Source: Bacteroidales bacterium | Lineage (GTDB): Bacteria > Bacteroidota > Bacteroidia > Bacteroidales > VadinHA17 | Reading direction: 5' to 3' | Assembly: GCA_021157415.1 (NCBI GenBank) | Contig: JAGGWN010000117.1 | Location: forward strand, 844 to 64,843 | DNA length: 64,000 bases | Part shown: positions 27,009 to 35,775 of the stretch, piece after piece | Numbering within the stretch: position 1 is the stretch's first letter | How the letters are laid out: the number at the start of each line of letters is the position of its first letter | Notes under the pieces: generated by a model | What the model saw: the letters and a program-made list of their open reading frames with translations, nothing else | What the model was told of the DNA's origin: nothing | Database searches by the model: none | Program-made: the position numbers and the translations under genes

Positions 27009-28499
27009 TTACCTGGATTCATCCCTGGGTTTAAACTCGTACAAGAAATTTCCGGAATAGGAATAATATCTGAAAGTTTTGGTTTTAGGATCATAGATCA
27101 CCCTGATCACCACATCTTCTGTTCCCTTATCCTTAATTAGGATTTCAAACCCTTTGTTCAAGTCAACATGCAGTCCGTGCATATCTATGTTGCCTTCGAA
27201 TACCCTGATTTGATTTTTTTTAGACGGTAGGATTTCTATTCTGTAAATATCTTTTTTGCCATATCCTTCAGGGGTGATCCTGGAAAGATACCCGGCCAGA
27301 CCGTTCCGTACCGGGAAAAAGTAATCGTTATCGCGGGTTGTATTTATCGGATATCCGATATTGGTAGGGATATCCCAGCCATTGCTTTTCTTTTCTGAGT
27401 AAAAAATATCATATCCCCCCATATTGTAATGTCCTTCCGAGACAAAATAAAGCCTTTTCTGATCATCGGTAAGATATGGAGCATCTTCATTGAAAGGTGT
27501 ATTTATCGTCTTTTGCATATTTTCAGGAGGCCCCCATTCTCCTGATGCAGAAAGGCGGGAACGGTAAATGTCAAGTTTTCCATATCCACCCCGACGGTTG
27601 CTGGAAAAGAACAGTGTTTTATTATCAGGCGAAAGACTGGCATGGGCCTCAGCCCTTCCTGAGTTGACGACATCACTCAGCCTGGTCATTTGGGTCCACA
27701 TGCCCTCTTTCCATTTGCTGATATATATATCCCGGTCATTCCCCTTCCCTTTGATCAGGTACAGGGTCTTTTTGTCGGATGAAATATCAGTGGGATAAGC
27801 ATCTCCGTCAGATACTACCTGTGGGGTGATGTTGATTGGGGCCGTCCATTTCCCCCCTTCACGATGTGACATGAATATGGCATCGTAGAATTTTAATTCA
27901 GTCATGTAAAATATCACACTCTCATCCCTCGACAAAACAGGATAATAGTTATTGGCTCCTGTATTGATCGGCTGACCCAGGTTATATTCTTCAATCTGTA
28001 CCGGTATGTCCTGGATGATCTTGGCCTTTTCACTGGCCTTGATCTCATTATCAACAATATTGAGGTTGTATCTGTCAATAAAATCCGGCAGCGACTTGAA
28101 TTTCTGATAAGCCTCTAGCGCTTTGTCCAGTTCATTGTTCATGCGGTATGCATTTCCAAGATAAAACAAAGCATATTCGGGAGCTTTGGTTTCTTTTGGA
28201 GATCTTTTTTTATATTTTGGGTTGATGTCCTGCACGGCTTTCTCGAGGTAAGGGATGGCTTGCACCTCCTTGCCCGGGATGTGAATATAACAATATCCGA
28301 TTTTATAATACAGATTGGCATTTTCATATTTTGTGCCAATGAGTTTTAAATAGTCGTACAAAGCTTCCTGATAATCTTCTGCAAAAAAGAAATAATCACC
28401 GTCTTTATAAAGCGTTTCCGGATCGGTTTTCTGTTGGGCATAGGTGATGGAAAACAAACCGGTAAAAATTATGATAAGTAAACCTGACAGAAATTTCAT
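27009..28499 (-). CDS. Envelope paralogue B: signal peptide + TPR + PD40 beta-propeller, with no recognisable anchoring domain
   Basis: Same conserved N-terminal and PD40 motifs (SPDNKTLFFSSNRRGGYGKLDIY). It ends after a short beta-rich segment. The ATG at 28499 gives MKFLSGLLIIIFTGLFSITYAQ. The ORF track extends to a TTG at 28523. Confidence 0.8.
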   Translation of the reverse strand: MKFLSGLLIIIFTGLFSITYAQQKTDPETLYKDGDYFFFAEDYQEALYDYLKLIGTKYENANLYYKIGYCYIHIPGKEVQAIPYLEKAVQDINPKYKKRSPKETKAPEYALFYLGNAYRMNNELDKALEAYQKFKSLPDFIDRYNLNIVDNEIKASEKAKIIQDIPVQIEEYNLGQPINTGANNYYPVLSRDESVIFYMTELKFYDAIFMSHREGGKWTAPINITPQVVSDGDAYPTDISSDKKTLYLIKGKGNDRDIYISKWKEGMWTQMTRLSDVVNSGRAEAHASLSPDNKTLFFSSNRRGGYGKLDIYRSRLSASGEWGPPENMQKTINTPFNEDAPYLTDDQKRLYFVSEGHYNMGGYDIFYSEKKSNGWDIPTNIGYPINTTRDNDYFFPVRNGLAGYLSRITPEGYGKKDIYRIEILPSKKNQIRVFEGNIDMHGLHVDLNKGFEILIKDKGTEDVVIRVIYDPKTKTFRYYSYSGNFLYEFKPRDESR

Positions 28500-28520
28500 G
28501 GATGGTTTATTATGAGTAGT

Positions 28521-28528
28521 CAAATTTA
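28521..28528 (-). promoter_or_regulatory. Candidate -7 promoter box (TAAATTTG on the minus strand) for paralogues B-A and the GNAT gene
   Basis: Exact TAnnTTTG match 22 nt upstream of the ATG at 28499, inside the 116-bp C-B gap. Confidence 0.4.
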
Positions 28529-28615
28529 AAAAATTAATATAAAAATACTAATAATATCCGATAAAATATATTTCTTGAGGAAAAATAGAACGACAGGCCG
28601 CGGCTTCAGTAACCA

Positions 28616-30607
28616 CTATTTATTAAAGAGAAGTTCAGGAGGAATGTTTTGTTTAACCCGGATTTGATCTGCCCCGTTTCCTTTTATGCCAAACTCTACC
28701 CTTCGGTTGTAATGTCTGCCTCGCGGATTGTCAGTACCGTCCAGGTTCCTGTTTATGGCTACCGGCTTACTTTCCCCGTAAGCTGTAGCAGTCAGCCGTG
28801 ACGAAGTGATGCCTTTCGAAACAAGATAATTCTTCACGGCTTGACTTCTTTTTAAGGACAGTTTTCGGTTGTATGAACAAGGACCAATGGCATCTGTATG
28901 CCCTTCTACAGAAACCCGTACACCCGGGAAAACTTTGAGAATGTCAGCCAGCTTATCTAACTTTAACCGGGCTGCCGTGGTAAGTGTAAATTTGTCAAAA
29001 TCAAAGTATACGGGAGAAACAACATACATCTCTTTTTTTTCTGCAGTGGCCGGAGCGGCAAAAGTAAGGGGTAACTCTATTCTTTTGGTATGGTCTTCCT
29101 TTTGTAGAGCGATCACCTGCGCAAAGGGGGATAACTTTTTCCCGTTTACAGTGATCCGGTAAGTTCCGGCCGGTAGTTTCGTCTCAAATGTTCCTTCTCT
29201 GGTAATATGAATACTGCCGGTAGCCGGTACTTTCACCGCCGTATTTTCAATTTTTATGTTAATATCCTCCGGTAGATTATAGCCGGGAGGAAGGATGAGT
29301 TTTCCGGAAAGAACAACAGGCCGGGGATGTTCGGGAGTATATCTCTCGACCGTAGCAATATAGGCTCTTTTTTCTTGTTCGTTGAACCAGTGTGTGATAT
29401 ATCCTTTGAACCCACTGTCCAAAGGAGCGAAGTAAAGATCGTCGTCGGTCGAGTTGGGTGGATAACCGAGGTTTACAGGATCATTCCATATTTCGTTTTT
29501 TTGTTTACTGGAAAAAATATCGTAGCCTCCCATGCCGGGATGTCCGTCAGAACTGAAAAACAATTGTTGTCCGTCGGAGGTTAGCACCGGCGACTGTTCA
29601 TTATAGGGCGTATTTACAGGACCCGGCAGTGGCAGGATGTTATCCCATTTCCCCTCAGGCGTGAGCGAAGCTGTAAAAATATCCAGTCCTCCCGGGCCAC
29701 CACTGCGATCACTCACGAAATAAAGCTTATGCCCATCAGGAGACAGCGATGCAAAAACCTCATCGTGCAGAGTGTTGACTTTTCCTTCCAGGGGTATGGC
29801 TTTCTCCCATACATTGTTTTTGTACTTGCTGATGAATATGTCCCGGTGTTCTTTCCTGGGAACGGTCAGAAGAAGAAGGGTCCCCTCATAATTCAGTGAA
29901 GCTACCTGGTAGGTGCCATCAGACTCAATTTCCATGGTAATATTTTCCGGTGTGGTCCAGGCTCCGTTTTGAAATTCCGTAAAATAAATGGCTTGGTAAT
30001 ATTTAGTTTCACTCATAAATACCATCCTTTTTTTGTCGCCCGACAAGGCCGGATGATACACGATCCGGCCTACCTTTAACAACTCGGGATAGACCATCTC
30101 TACATCTCCGGGACGGCTCATCATTTTTTTTGCCAGTTCACAACTACCGATCCATCTGTTTACGATATCCTTGCTTTGTCGCTTACGTAGCATCTTTTTA
30201 TAACGGGAATAGGCAGATAATGCTTTGTCCAATTCGTTATGGATCTGATAAGCTCTTCCAAGAAACAACAGGGCCTCCAAAGGGGCTCTGGTTTCCTGAT
30301 ACAGATCTTTTTTATATTTGCGGGATACATCTTGTGATGCTTTCTCCAGATAGGAAATGGCTCGGGTCTTTTGACCGGGGATATGTAAATAACAAGTCCC
30401 TGTCAGGTACTGAAGATTGCTGTTAGCCGGGTATTTATCCGCCAATTTGAGATACAAAGGCAGCGCAGCTTCGTATTTATGATACAGTACCAGCAGATTG
30501 GCATTGTAAAAGGATTTCTCATCTTTTACGGCCTCCTGGGCATGGAGCAGGTTTCCTGTGAATAATAAACTGAAAAAGACCTGGAAAATGATCCCCTTTC
30601 TTACCAT
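28616..30607 (-). CDS. Envelope paralogue C: signal peptide + TPR + PD40 beta-propeller + CarboxypepD_reg-like domain + OmpA C-terminal-like peptidoglycan-binding domain
   Basis: Conserved array motifs plus the C-terminal OmpA_C pattern VYFDFDKFTL...VEGHTDAIGPCSYNRKLSLKRSQAVKNYLVSKGI...YGESKP...NRRVEF. The ATG is at 30607, and the ORF track uses a TTG at 30616. Confidence 0.85.
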   Translation of the reverse strand: MVRKGIIFQVFFSLLFTGNLLHAQEAVKDEKSFYNANLLVLYHKYEAALPLYLKLADKYPANSNLQYLTGTCYLHIPGQKTRAISYLEKASQDVSRKYKKDLYQETRAPLEALLFLGRAYQIHNELDKALSAYSRYKKMLRKRQSKDIVNRWIGSCELAKKMMSRPGDVEMVYPELLKVGRIVYHPALSGDKKRMVFMSETKYYQAIYFTEFQNGAWTTPENITMEIESDGTYQVASLNYEGTLLLLTVPRKEHRDIFISKYKNNVWEKAIPLEGKVNTLHDEVFASLSPDGHKLYFVSDRSGGPGGLDIFTASLTPEGKWDNILPLPGPVNTPYNEQSPVLTSDGQQLFFSSDGHPGMGGYDIFSSKQKNEIWNDPVNLGYPPNSTDDDLYFAPLDSGFKGYITHWFNEQEKRAYIATVERYTPEHPRPVVLSGKLILPPGYNLPEDINIKIENTAVKVPATGSIHITREGTFETKLPAGTYRITVNGKKLSPFAQVIALQKEDHTKRIELPLTFAAPATAEKKEMYVVSPVYFDFDKFTLTTAARLKLDKLADILKVFPGVRVSVEGHTDAIGPCSYNRKLSLKRSQAVKNYLVSKGITSSRLTATAYGESKPVAINRNLDGTDNPRGRHYNRRVEFGIKGNGADQIRVKQNIPPELLFNK

Positions 30608-30653
30608 AACATGCAATTAAAATCCGGATTCTTTGTGGGTAAAAGAATCTCGT

Positions 30654-32648
30654 TTATTTTATCTTCAACTGATCCGGCACATGGATGGGTGTCGGTTGTA
30701 TGGTATTTACCGGGGTGCCGGCAACGGTTATTTCAACCCTCCTGTTAAGAGCTCGGCCTTCCGGACAATCTCTGCCGTCGGGATAACGGTTAATCGCAAT
30801 GAAATTAGTTTCTCCGGCGCCTTTCACATGATATCTTGAAGGAGCGATCCCTGCCTTTTTCAGAACATTGGCTACTGCACGTGCTCTTCTCAGAGATAAT
30901 CTGCGGTTGTACCCTGCAGACCCTTTGGAATCAGCATAACCGGTAATATTAATCACAAGTTCCGGATGATTAGTCAATATACTGACCAGCTGGTTGACTT
31001 TCCCTTTCTCCGCATCGGAAAGCCGGGCTTTATCAAAGTTGAAGAATATGACCGGCAGGTATTCAACCTTTGCTACTGGTGCCGGGTTAAGAGTTATATC
31101 TTCGCGGACAGTAGATATTGAATAACTCGCCGGGATCCTGATATCTTTTGTATTTTGTTGATATTCAGGGGACTGTAATATCAGTTCATAATCGCCTTTT
31201 GGAAGACGGGCTGTTATATTATATTTTCCTGAAGGTTTGATAGATGTTTCTTTTACTACTTTCCCCGTTTTTTTATCCCTGAGGATAATATGAACAGGCT
31301 CGTTATAAGTTTCAGGTTTGTTTTTCAGTTGAACGGTTCCTGCGAGAGATACAGGCCGGGGGTTTAAGTCAGAGAAAAATTCAACACGGAATATATCTTT
31401 GTTTCCAATGCTTTTCTCGGGATCATACATAGAGAAATACCCATAGACCTTTGCGACCATGGGCACAAAGAAAAGATCATCATCCGTTGAGTTTATCGGA
31501 TAACCGATATTTCTGGGTTGGGACCAGGTTCCGTTCTCCTGGGCTTCGGAGTAGAAGATGTCAAAACCACCCATGCTGTTGTGCCCCTGAGAGCTGAAAT
31601 AAAGCGTTTTCCCATCTTTGGATAAGAACGGGGTTTCTTCATTGAATTCGGTGTTGATGGTAGGTCCCAAATTGCTGGCAGGGCCCCATTCTCCAGTCGT
31701 TTCATCAAGATAGGAGATGTATATGTCCAACCCTCCATGACTGCCTTTACGGTTACTTGTGAAATAGAGTGTTTTACCGTCAGGAGAAAGAGTAGCACTC
31801 GATTCCCAGAATTTGGTGTTTACATTTTTCCCCAGTTTCACAGCCTTGGTCCATTGATCGTTTTTCAAATGGCTCACCCAGATATCACTGTTGAATCGGT
31901 CGTTTCTGGACATGAAAAAAGTCTTCCCGTCAAAAGAAATACCTGCAGGATAGAGATCTCCGTCGGATTGAATTTCCGGGGTAATATTTCTCGGGGTACT
32001 CCAGCCGGTACTTTTTTTCTTCGCATAAAAAACAGCATCATAAAACTTGAGGCTGGTAACATATATCAATGTTGATTCGTCACCTGAAACGACAGGGTCA
32101 AAATTAGCACGGGAATTATTAATATTTTTTCCTGCATTTTCCAGATCGACAGCCACAGGATGCGCCATGAAGTTGCGGGCTCTCTCTACAGCAGAAATTT
32201 CCTGTTTTACAAAATCATAATCCAAGGTATCTGTCGGTTCCAGGTAGGTCAAATATTTTTCAAAGTATGTTTTTGCATCGTCGAAACGGTATTGGAGCAA
32301 GTAGGCGGTACCCAGAAAAAAAAGAGCATCCCTCGGGGCCTTGGTTTCCTTTACATTACCTTCTTTGTATTTATCAGTGGTTTTCCTGGCGGCTTTTTCC
32401 AGGTAAGGAATTGCCTTCTCTTTCTGGCCGGGAATATTCAGGTAACAGATGCCCATACGGTAGTTAATATTGGCATTTTCCGGATCAACACGGTAAACCT
32501 TTTTATATCCTTCCAGGGCATCCGGATAGGATTCCAGTGCCAGGAAATATTCTCCGTCCAGGAAAGCCCTCTTAACATCCTTGGAATATTGGGAATATGC
32601 GGACAGCAATGATAACAAAAAAACTGCCAATATGATAACTCTTTTCAT
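30654..32648 (-). CDS. Envelope paralogue D: signal peptide + TPR + PD40 beta-propeller + CarboxypepD_reg-like domain + OmpA C-terminal-like domain
   Basis: Conserved array motifs plus IFFNFDKARL...ITGYADSKGSAGYNRRLSLRRARAVANVLKKAGI...GAGETNF...NRRVEI. Confidence 0.85.
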   Translation of the reverse strand: MKRVIILAVFLLSLLSAYSQYSKDVKRAFLDGEYFLALESYPDALEGYKKVYRVDPENANINYRMGICYLNIPGQKEKAIPYLEKAARKTTDKYKEGNVKETKAPRDALFFLGTAYLLQYRFDDAKTYFEKYLTYLEPTDTLDYDFVKQEISAVERARNFMAHPVAVDLENAGKNINNSRANFDPVVSGDESTLIYVTSLKFYDAVFYAKKKSTGWSTPRNITPEIQSDGDLYPAGISFDGKTFFMSRNDRFNSDIWVSHLKNDQWTKAVKLGKNVNTKFWESSATLSPDGKTLYFTSNRKGSHGGLDIYISYLDETTGEWGPASNLGPTINTEFNEETPFLSKDGKTLYFSSQGHNSMGGFDIFYSEAQENGTWSQPRNIGYPINSTDDDLFFVPMVAKVYGYFSMYDPEKSIGNKDIFRVEFFSDLNPRPVSLAGTVQLKNKPETYNEPVHIILRDKKTGKVVKETSIKPSGKYNITARLPKGDYELILQSPEYQQNTKDIRIPASYSISTVREDITLNPAPVAKVEYLPVIFFNFDKARLSDAEKGKVNQLVSILTNHPELVINITGYADSKGSAGYNRRLSLRRARAVANVLKKAGIAPSRYHVKGAGETNFIAINRYPDGRDCPEGRALNRRVEITVAGTPVNTIQPTPIHVPDQLKIK

Positions 32649-32673
32649 TGGATATGAAATTTTTGCATTTTAA

Positions 32674-32681
32674 CAAATTTA
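32674..32681 (-). promoter_or_regulatory. Candidate -7 promoter box (TAAATTTG on the minus strand) for paralogues D-C
   Basis: Exact TAnnTTTG match 26 nt upstream of the ATG at 32648, inside the 104-bp E-D gap. It is the same octamer as at 28521-28528. Confidence 0.4.
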
Positions 32682-32752
32682 GAAATAAAATTGTAAAAAA
32701 GGTATAAATGATTAAAAATCTTTTGAAAAATCCAATATGAGCCGTCCGTTTA

Positions 32753-35641
32753 CTATTCCTTATTCCCTTTTTTCACGATCAGGTAACCCGTAACAATCCC
32801 TGCCAGAACCAGTGGTACGATCCAGTAGAGACGGCTGGCTTTTCCTCCCGTAAGAATATCTCCCTGGGTCATTAGTTCTCTTACCTTGTCTTCCTCAATA
32901 TTGGAAGAAATAATGATTCGGGTGAGCGCTTTCAGCAAATCATTTTCCGTATAATTATTTGTCTTTGCCTGATTCATTAAATAATCCAAAAGGTTTTTGA
33001 TGTTTTTGATCTTGTTGGATTTCAGATCTATATTCGTTAAAAGATCATGCAAGTGACCGGTGGATTTTTTAATGAGTTTTCCAAGGAAATTATTCACGTC
33101 AGGATCCCCGTTGGAGGCAATCCGGGCAAACAGATAGATCAGGTCTTTGGTGGAATAACCCAGCAGATCGGATTTATCAATCAGGAAATTCGTCAGTTCC
33201 CAGGCGGAATAAATCTCATTTTTCTCCGGATTAGCCTGGTTCACAGCTTGTTTAATTTTGCCACTGGAAAGATCTATCAGATGTTGATACATTGTTCTAA
33301 GACCTTTGTCTTTTTCTGTTGCCATGGAGACGAACATCTGATGCAATTCCGTGCTGTCGATCAGACCTGAGTCGGTTGCTTCCAGAAGTTGTTTCATGAG
33401 CTGGTGGGAGGTGTGTATGTTCGATTTGTCCAGGTCCAGGCGATCGAGATATTCCTTTAATGACCCGGAAGCATTTGTAACCAGACTGTTATAAACATCT
33501 TCAAGTTCTTCCGGGTTACGTGTTGCCGCCAATAAAAGCAACTGATCAATGTCCTCGGGGGTATAACTTGAAACGGAGGCCTTCCTCTTCAGATAATCGA
33601 TGATCTCAAACTGGTTGCTGAAATTCATGGCTTCAGGGTCTATCTTCTGAATTTCTGATAGCAGACTGCCTGTGGCATAATGCTTCAGGATACCCAGGAA
33701 ATCATTCATTTCCTGAAGCTGGGCAGGGGTCACATGTACTTTGGGCAACTCATGTTTGGGTTGTTCTTCTGTTATGGTCACTTCCGGAGCCACCGGAACA
33801 GGTATATTCAGATAAATTTCTTTTTGTGTGGTATTCCCGTAACGGTCGGTCAGGTTTAGCACTACGGTACTCCTTCCGGCAGGTGGCAGGATGGGGAAAG
33901 TAAGTGAATCGTTCATTACGTAATAATGTGTTGAATCGACCAAAACGGAATCCTGATACAAACGCAGGGTCAACCAGGATCCTTTCTCCGTGCTGAGAAT
34001 AAGATCCAGTGTATCTCCCGCCTGAACACTAAAAGAAGTATTCAGGATATCCAGATTGGCCGTCTGATCTTCCAACTGGATTAAAACAGGGGGCATGTAA
34101 ATCTCTTCTTTGTTAAGACTCATCGGCAGGGAGAGCGGCGACACCTGGGGCTTTATCCCTTCTCCGCCGATCGCCAGGTTGTAATCTCCTGCCACGGTTT
34201 CAAGCTGATAATGCAGGGATGTATCAGGATTGACACTTTTAAGTGTGTCCATCATGTTTTTACTCAGTAAATTGACAAATATTTTGTTATGGTCCTGTAT
34301 AAAGGAGATGTTCTTTGTGTCTATGGTTCCTTGTATCAGGAACCTGCGAGGATGTTCTGCCGAGAAGATTTCGACCTTAAAAATATCCATGTTTCCTAAT
34401 CCCCGGGTTGAAAATTTTGACATGTAGGCATAATACCCTTTGCCAACGGGTTGATAGAACAGGTCATCATCGGTAGTATTGACAGGGTAGCCCATATTCA
34501 TGGGTACCGACCATTCTGCACTATCAAGAAGATTTGAGTAAAAGATATCGTATCCCCCCATGTTGTAATGACCATAGGAACTGAAGAACAATGTTTTTCC
34601 ATCGGCAGTGATAAAGGGAGTTTCCTCGTTGTATTTTGTGTTGATGATGGGCCCCAGATTTTCTGCTGGGCCCCAGTTACCCAGACTGTCCAGATGGGAA
34701 ACATAGATATCCAGTCCGCCGTATCCGCCTTTCCGGTTGCTCGTAAAATATAGAACCTTTCCGTCTTTAGTAACACTGGCATGGGATTCCCAGTACTTGG
34801 TGTTGATGTGATCGTTCAGCCTGATTACCTGTGACCACCGTCCGTCTTTATATTGGCTGATGTATATATTCCCGTCATACTGGTCGTTTTTGTAAAGATA
34901 CAGCGTTTTGCCGTCAAAGGAAAGAGAAGAAGAATAAAAATCCTGGTCAACACCGAGCTCTGGAGTCAAATTGATCGGGGGTGTCCAGGTGCCGTTTTCC
35001 TGATGCGTGTAAAAAACAGCATCATAGAAGGGGAGTTTCCGGGTGAATACCAGTGTTTTCATATCCCCTGAAATAACTGGCCTGTAATCCGAAAAACGAC
35101 TGTTGATCGGCTTGCCGACATTCTTTTCAGAAAAGTACAATGGTGTGCTTTCTAGTTTCTTGGCAACATTGCATGCTTTGATCTGGTCGTTTACCAGTTG
35201 TACGTCATAAATTTTCGGATTCAGATGATCTTTGAAATATTGATACATCTCCAGCGCCTTATCCAGCTTATTATTGACCCGGTATGCATTGCCAAGGTAA
35301 AAATATGCATCCATCGGAGCATGCGTTTCATGTATTGAATTCTCTCTGTATTTTGGGGTAATATCGGTGATAGCTTTCTCGAGATAGGCAATGGACTTGT
35401 CTTTTTGGCCCGGGATATTCAGGTAGCAGATCCCTATGCGATAATTCAGATTGTTGTTGTCCGGAAATAATTTATGTAACTCTAAATAGTATGGCAGGGC
35501 ATCACTGTATTCTTCAAAAAGGAAAAAAGAATTTCCTTCTACAAATTTTTTTTTGATCTCCGCTCTGCTGAGATTTTGCGAATAACCTGAAAAAACAAAC
35601 AAAAAATAAAATAGTAATACCAATACTTGCTTACTTCGCAT
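32753..35641 (-). CDS. Envelope paralogue E: signal peptide + TPR + PD40 beta-propeller + beta-rich middle region + four ~68-aa helical repeats + C-terminal TM anchor
   Basis: The N-terminal ~430 aa carry the array motifs (YRIGICYLNIPGQKDKSIAYLEKA, TKDGKVLYFTSNRKGGYGGLDIY). The C-terminal third has four repeats beginning GSL/GSL/GKI/GHL. The protein ends LYWIVPLVLAGIVTGYLIVKKGNKE. Confidence 0.8.
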   Translation of the reverse strand: MRSKQVLVLLFYFLFVFSGYSQNLSRAEIKKKFVEGNSFFLFEEYSDALPYYLELHKLFPDNNNLNYRIGICYLNIPGQKDKSIAYLEKAITDITPKYRENSIHETHAPMDAYFYLGNAYRVNNKLDKALEMYQYFKDHLNPKIYDVQLVNDQIKACNVAKKLESTPLYFSEKNVGKPINSRFSDYRPVISGDMKTLVFTRKLPFYDAVFYTHQENGTWTPPINLTPELGVDQDFYSSSLSFDGKTLYLYKNDQYDGNIYISQYKDGRWSQVIRLNDHINTKYWESHASVTKDGKVLYFTSNRKGGYGGLDIYVSHLDSLGNWGPAENLGPIINTKYNEETPFITADGKTLFFSSYGHYNMGGYDIFYSNLLDSAEWSVPMNMGYPVNTTDDDLFYQPVGKGYYAYMSKFSTRGLGNMDIFKVEIFSAEHPRRFLIQGTIDTKNISFIQDHNKIFVNLLSKNMMDTLKSVNPDTSLHYQLETVAGDYNLAIGGEGIKPQVSPLSLPMSLNKEEIYMPPVLIQLEDQTANLDILNTSFSVQAGDTLDLILSTEKGSWLTLRLYQDSVLVDSTHYYVMNDSLTFPILPPAGRSTVVLNLTDRYGNTTQKEIYLNIPVPVAPEVTITEEQPKHELPKVHVTPAQLQEMNDFLGILKHYATGSLLSEIQKIDPEAMNFSNQFEIIDYLKRKASVSSYTPEDIDQLLLLAATRNPEELEDVYNSLVTNASGSLKEYLDRLDLDKSNIHTSHQLMKQLLEATDSGLIDSTELHQMFVSMATEKDKGLRTMYQHLIDLSSGKIKQAVNQANPEKNEIYSAWELTNFLIDKSDLLGYSTKDLIYLFARIASNGDPDVNNFLGKLIKKSTGHLHDLLTNIDLKSNKIKNIKNLLDYLMNQAKTNNYTENDLLKALTRIIISSNIEEDKVRELMTQGDILTGGKASRLYWIVPLVLAGIVTGYLIVKKGNKE

Positions 35642-35719
35642 ATTAAGGAGTTTATGACGAAAGTAGTATATATAAATTAAATTTTTTGTAATTATATAAA
35701 AAAAATCTTATTTTTTATC

Positions 35720-35748
35720 AAAAAAAAGGGAGTTGTTGATGAACTCCC
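35720..35748 (-). terminator. Rho-independent terminator downstream of the COG1579 gene
   Basis: On the minus strand, GGGAGTT-(7-nt loop)-AACTCCC is followed directly by eight T residues (stem arms at 35742-35748 and 35728-35734, T-run at 35720-35727). It separates the nif3/zinc-ribbon unit from the paralogue array. Confidence 0.75.
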
Positions 35749-35775
35749 CCTTATTTGAAATGATTGACAGATGTT

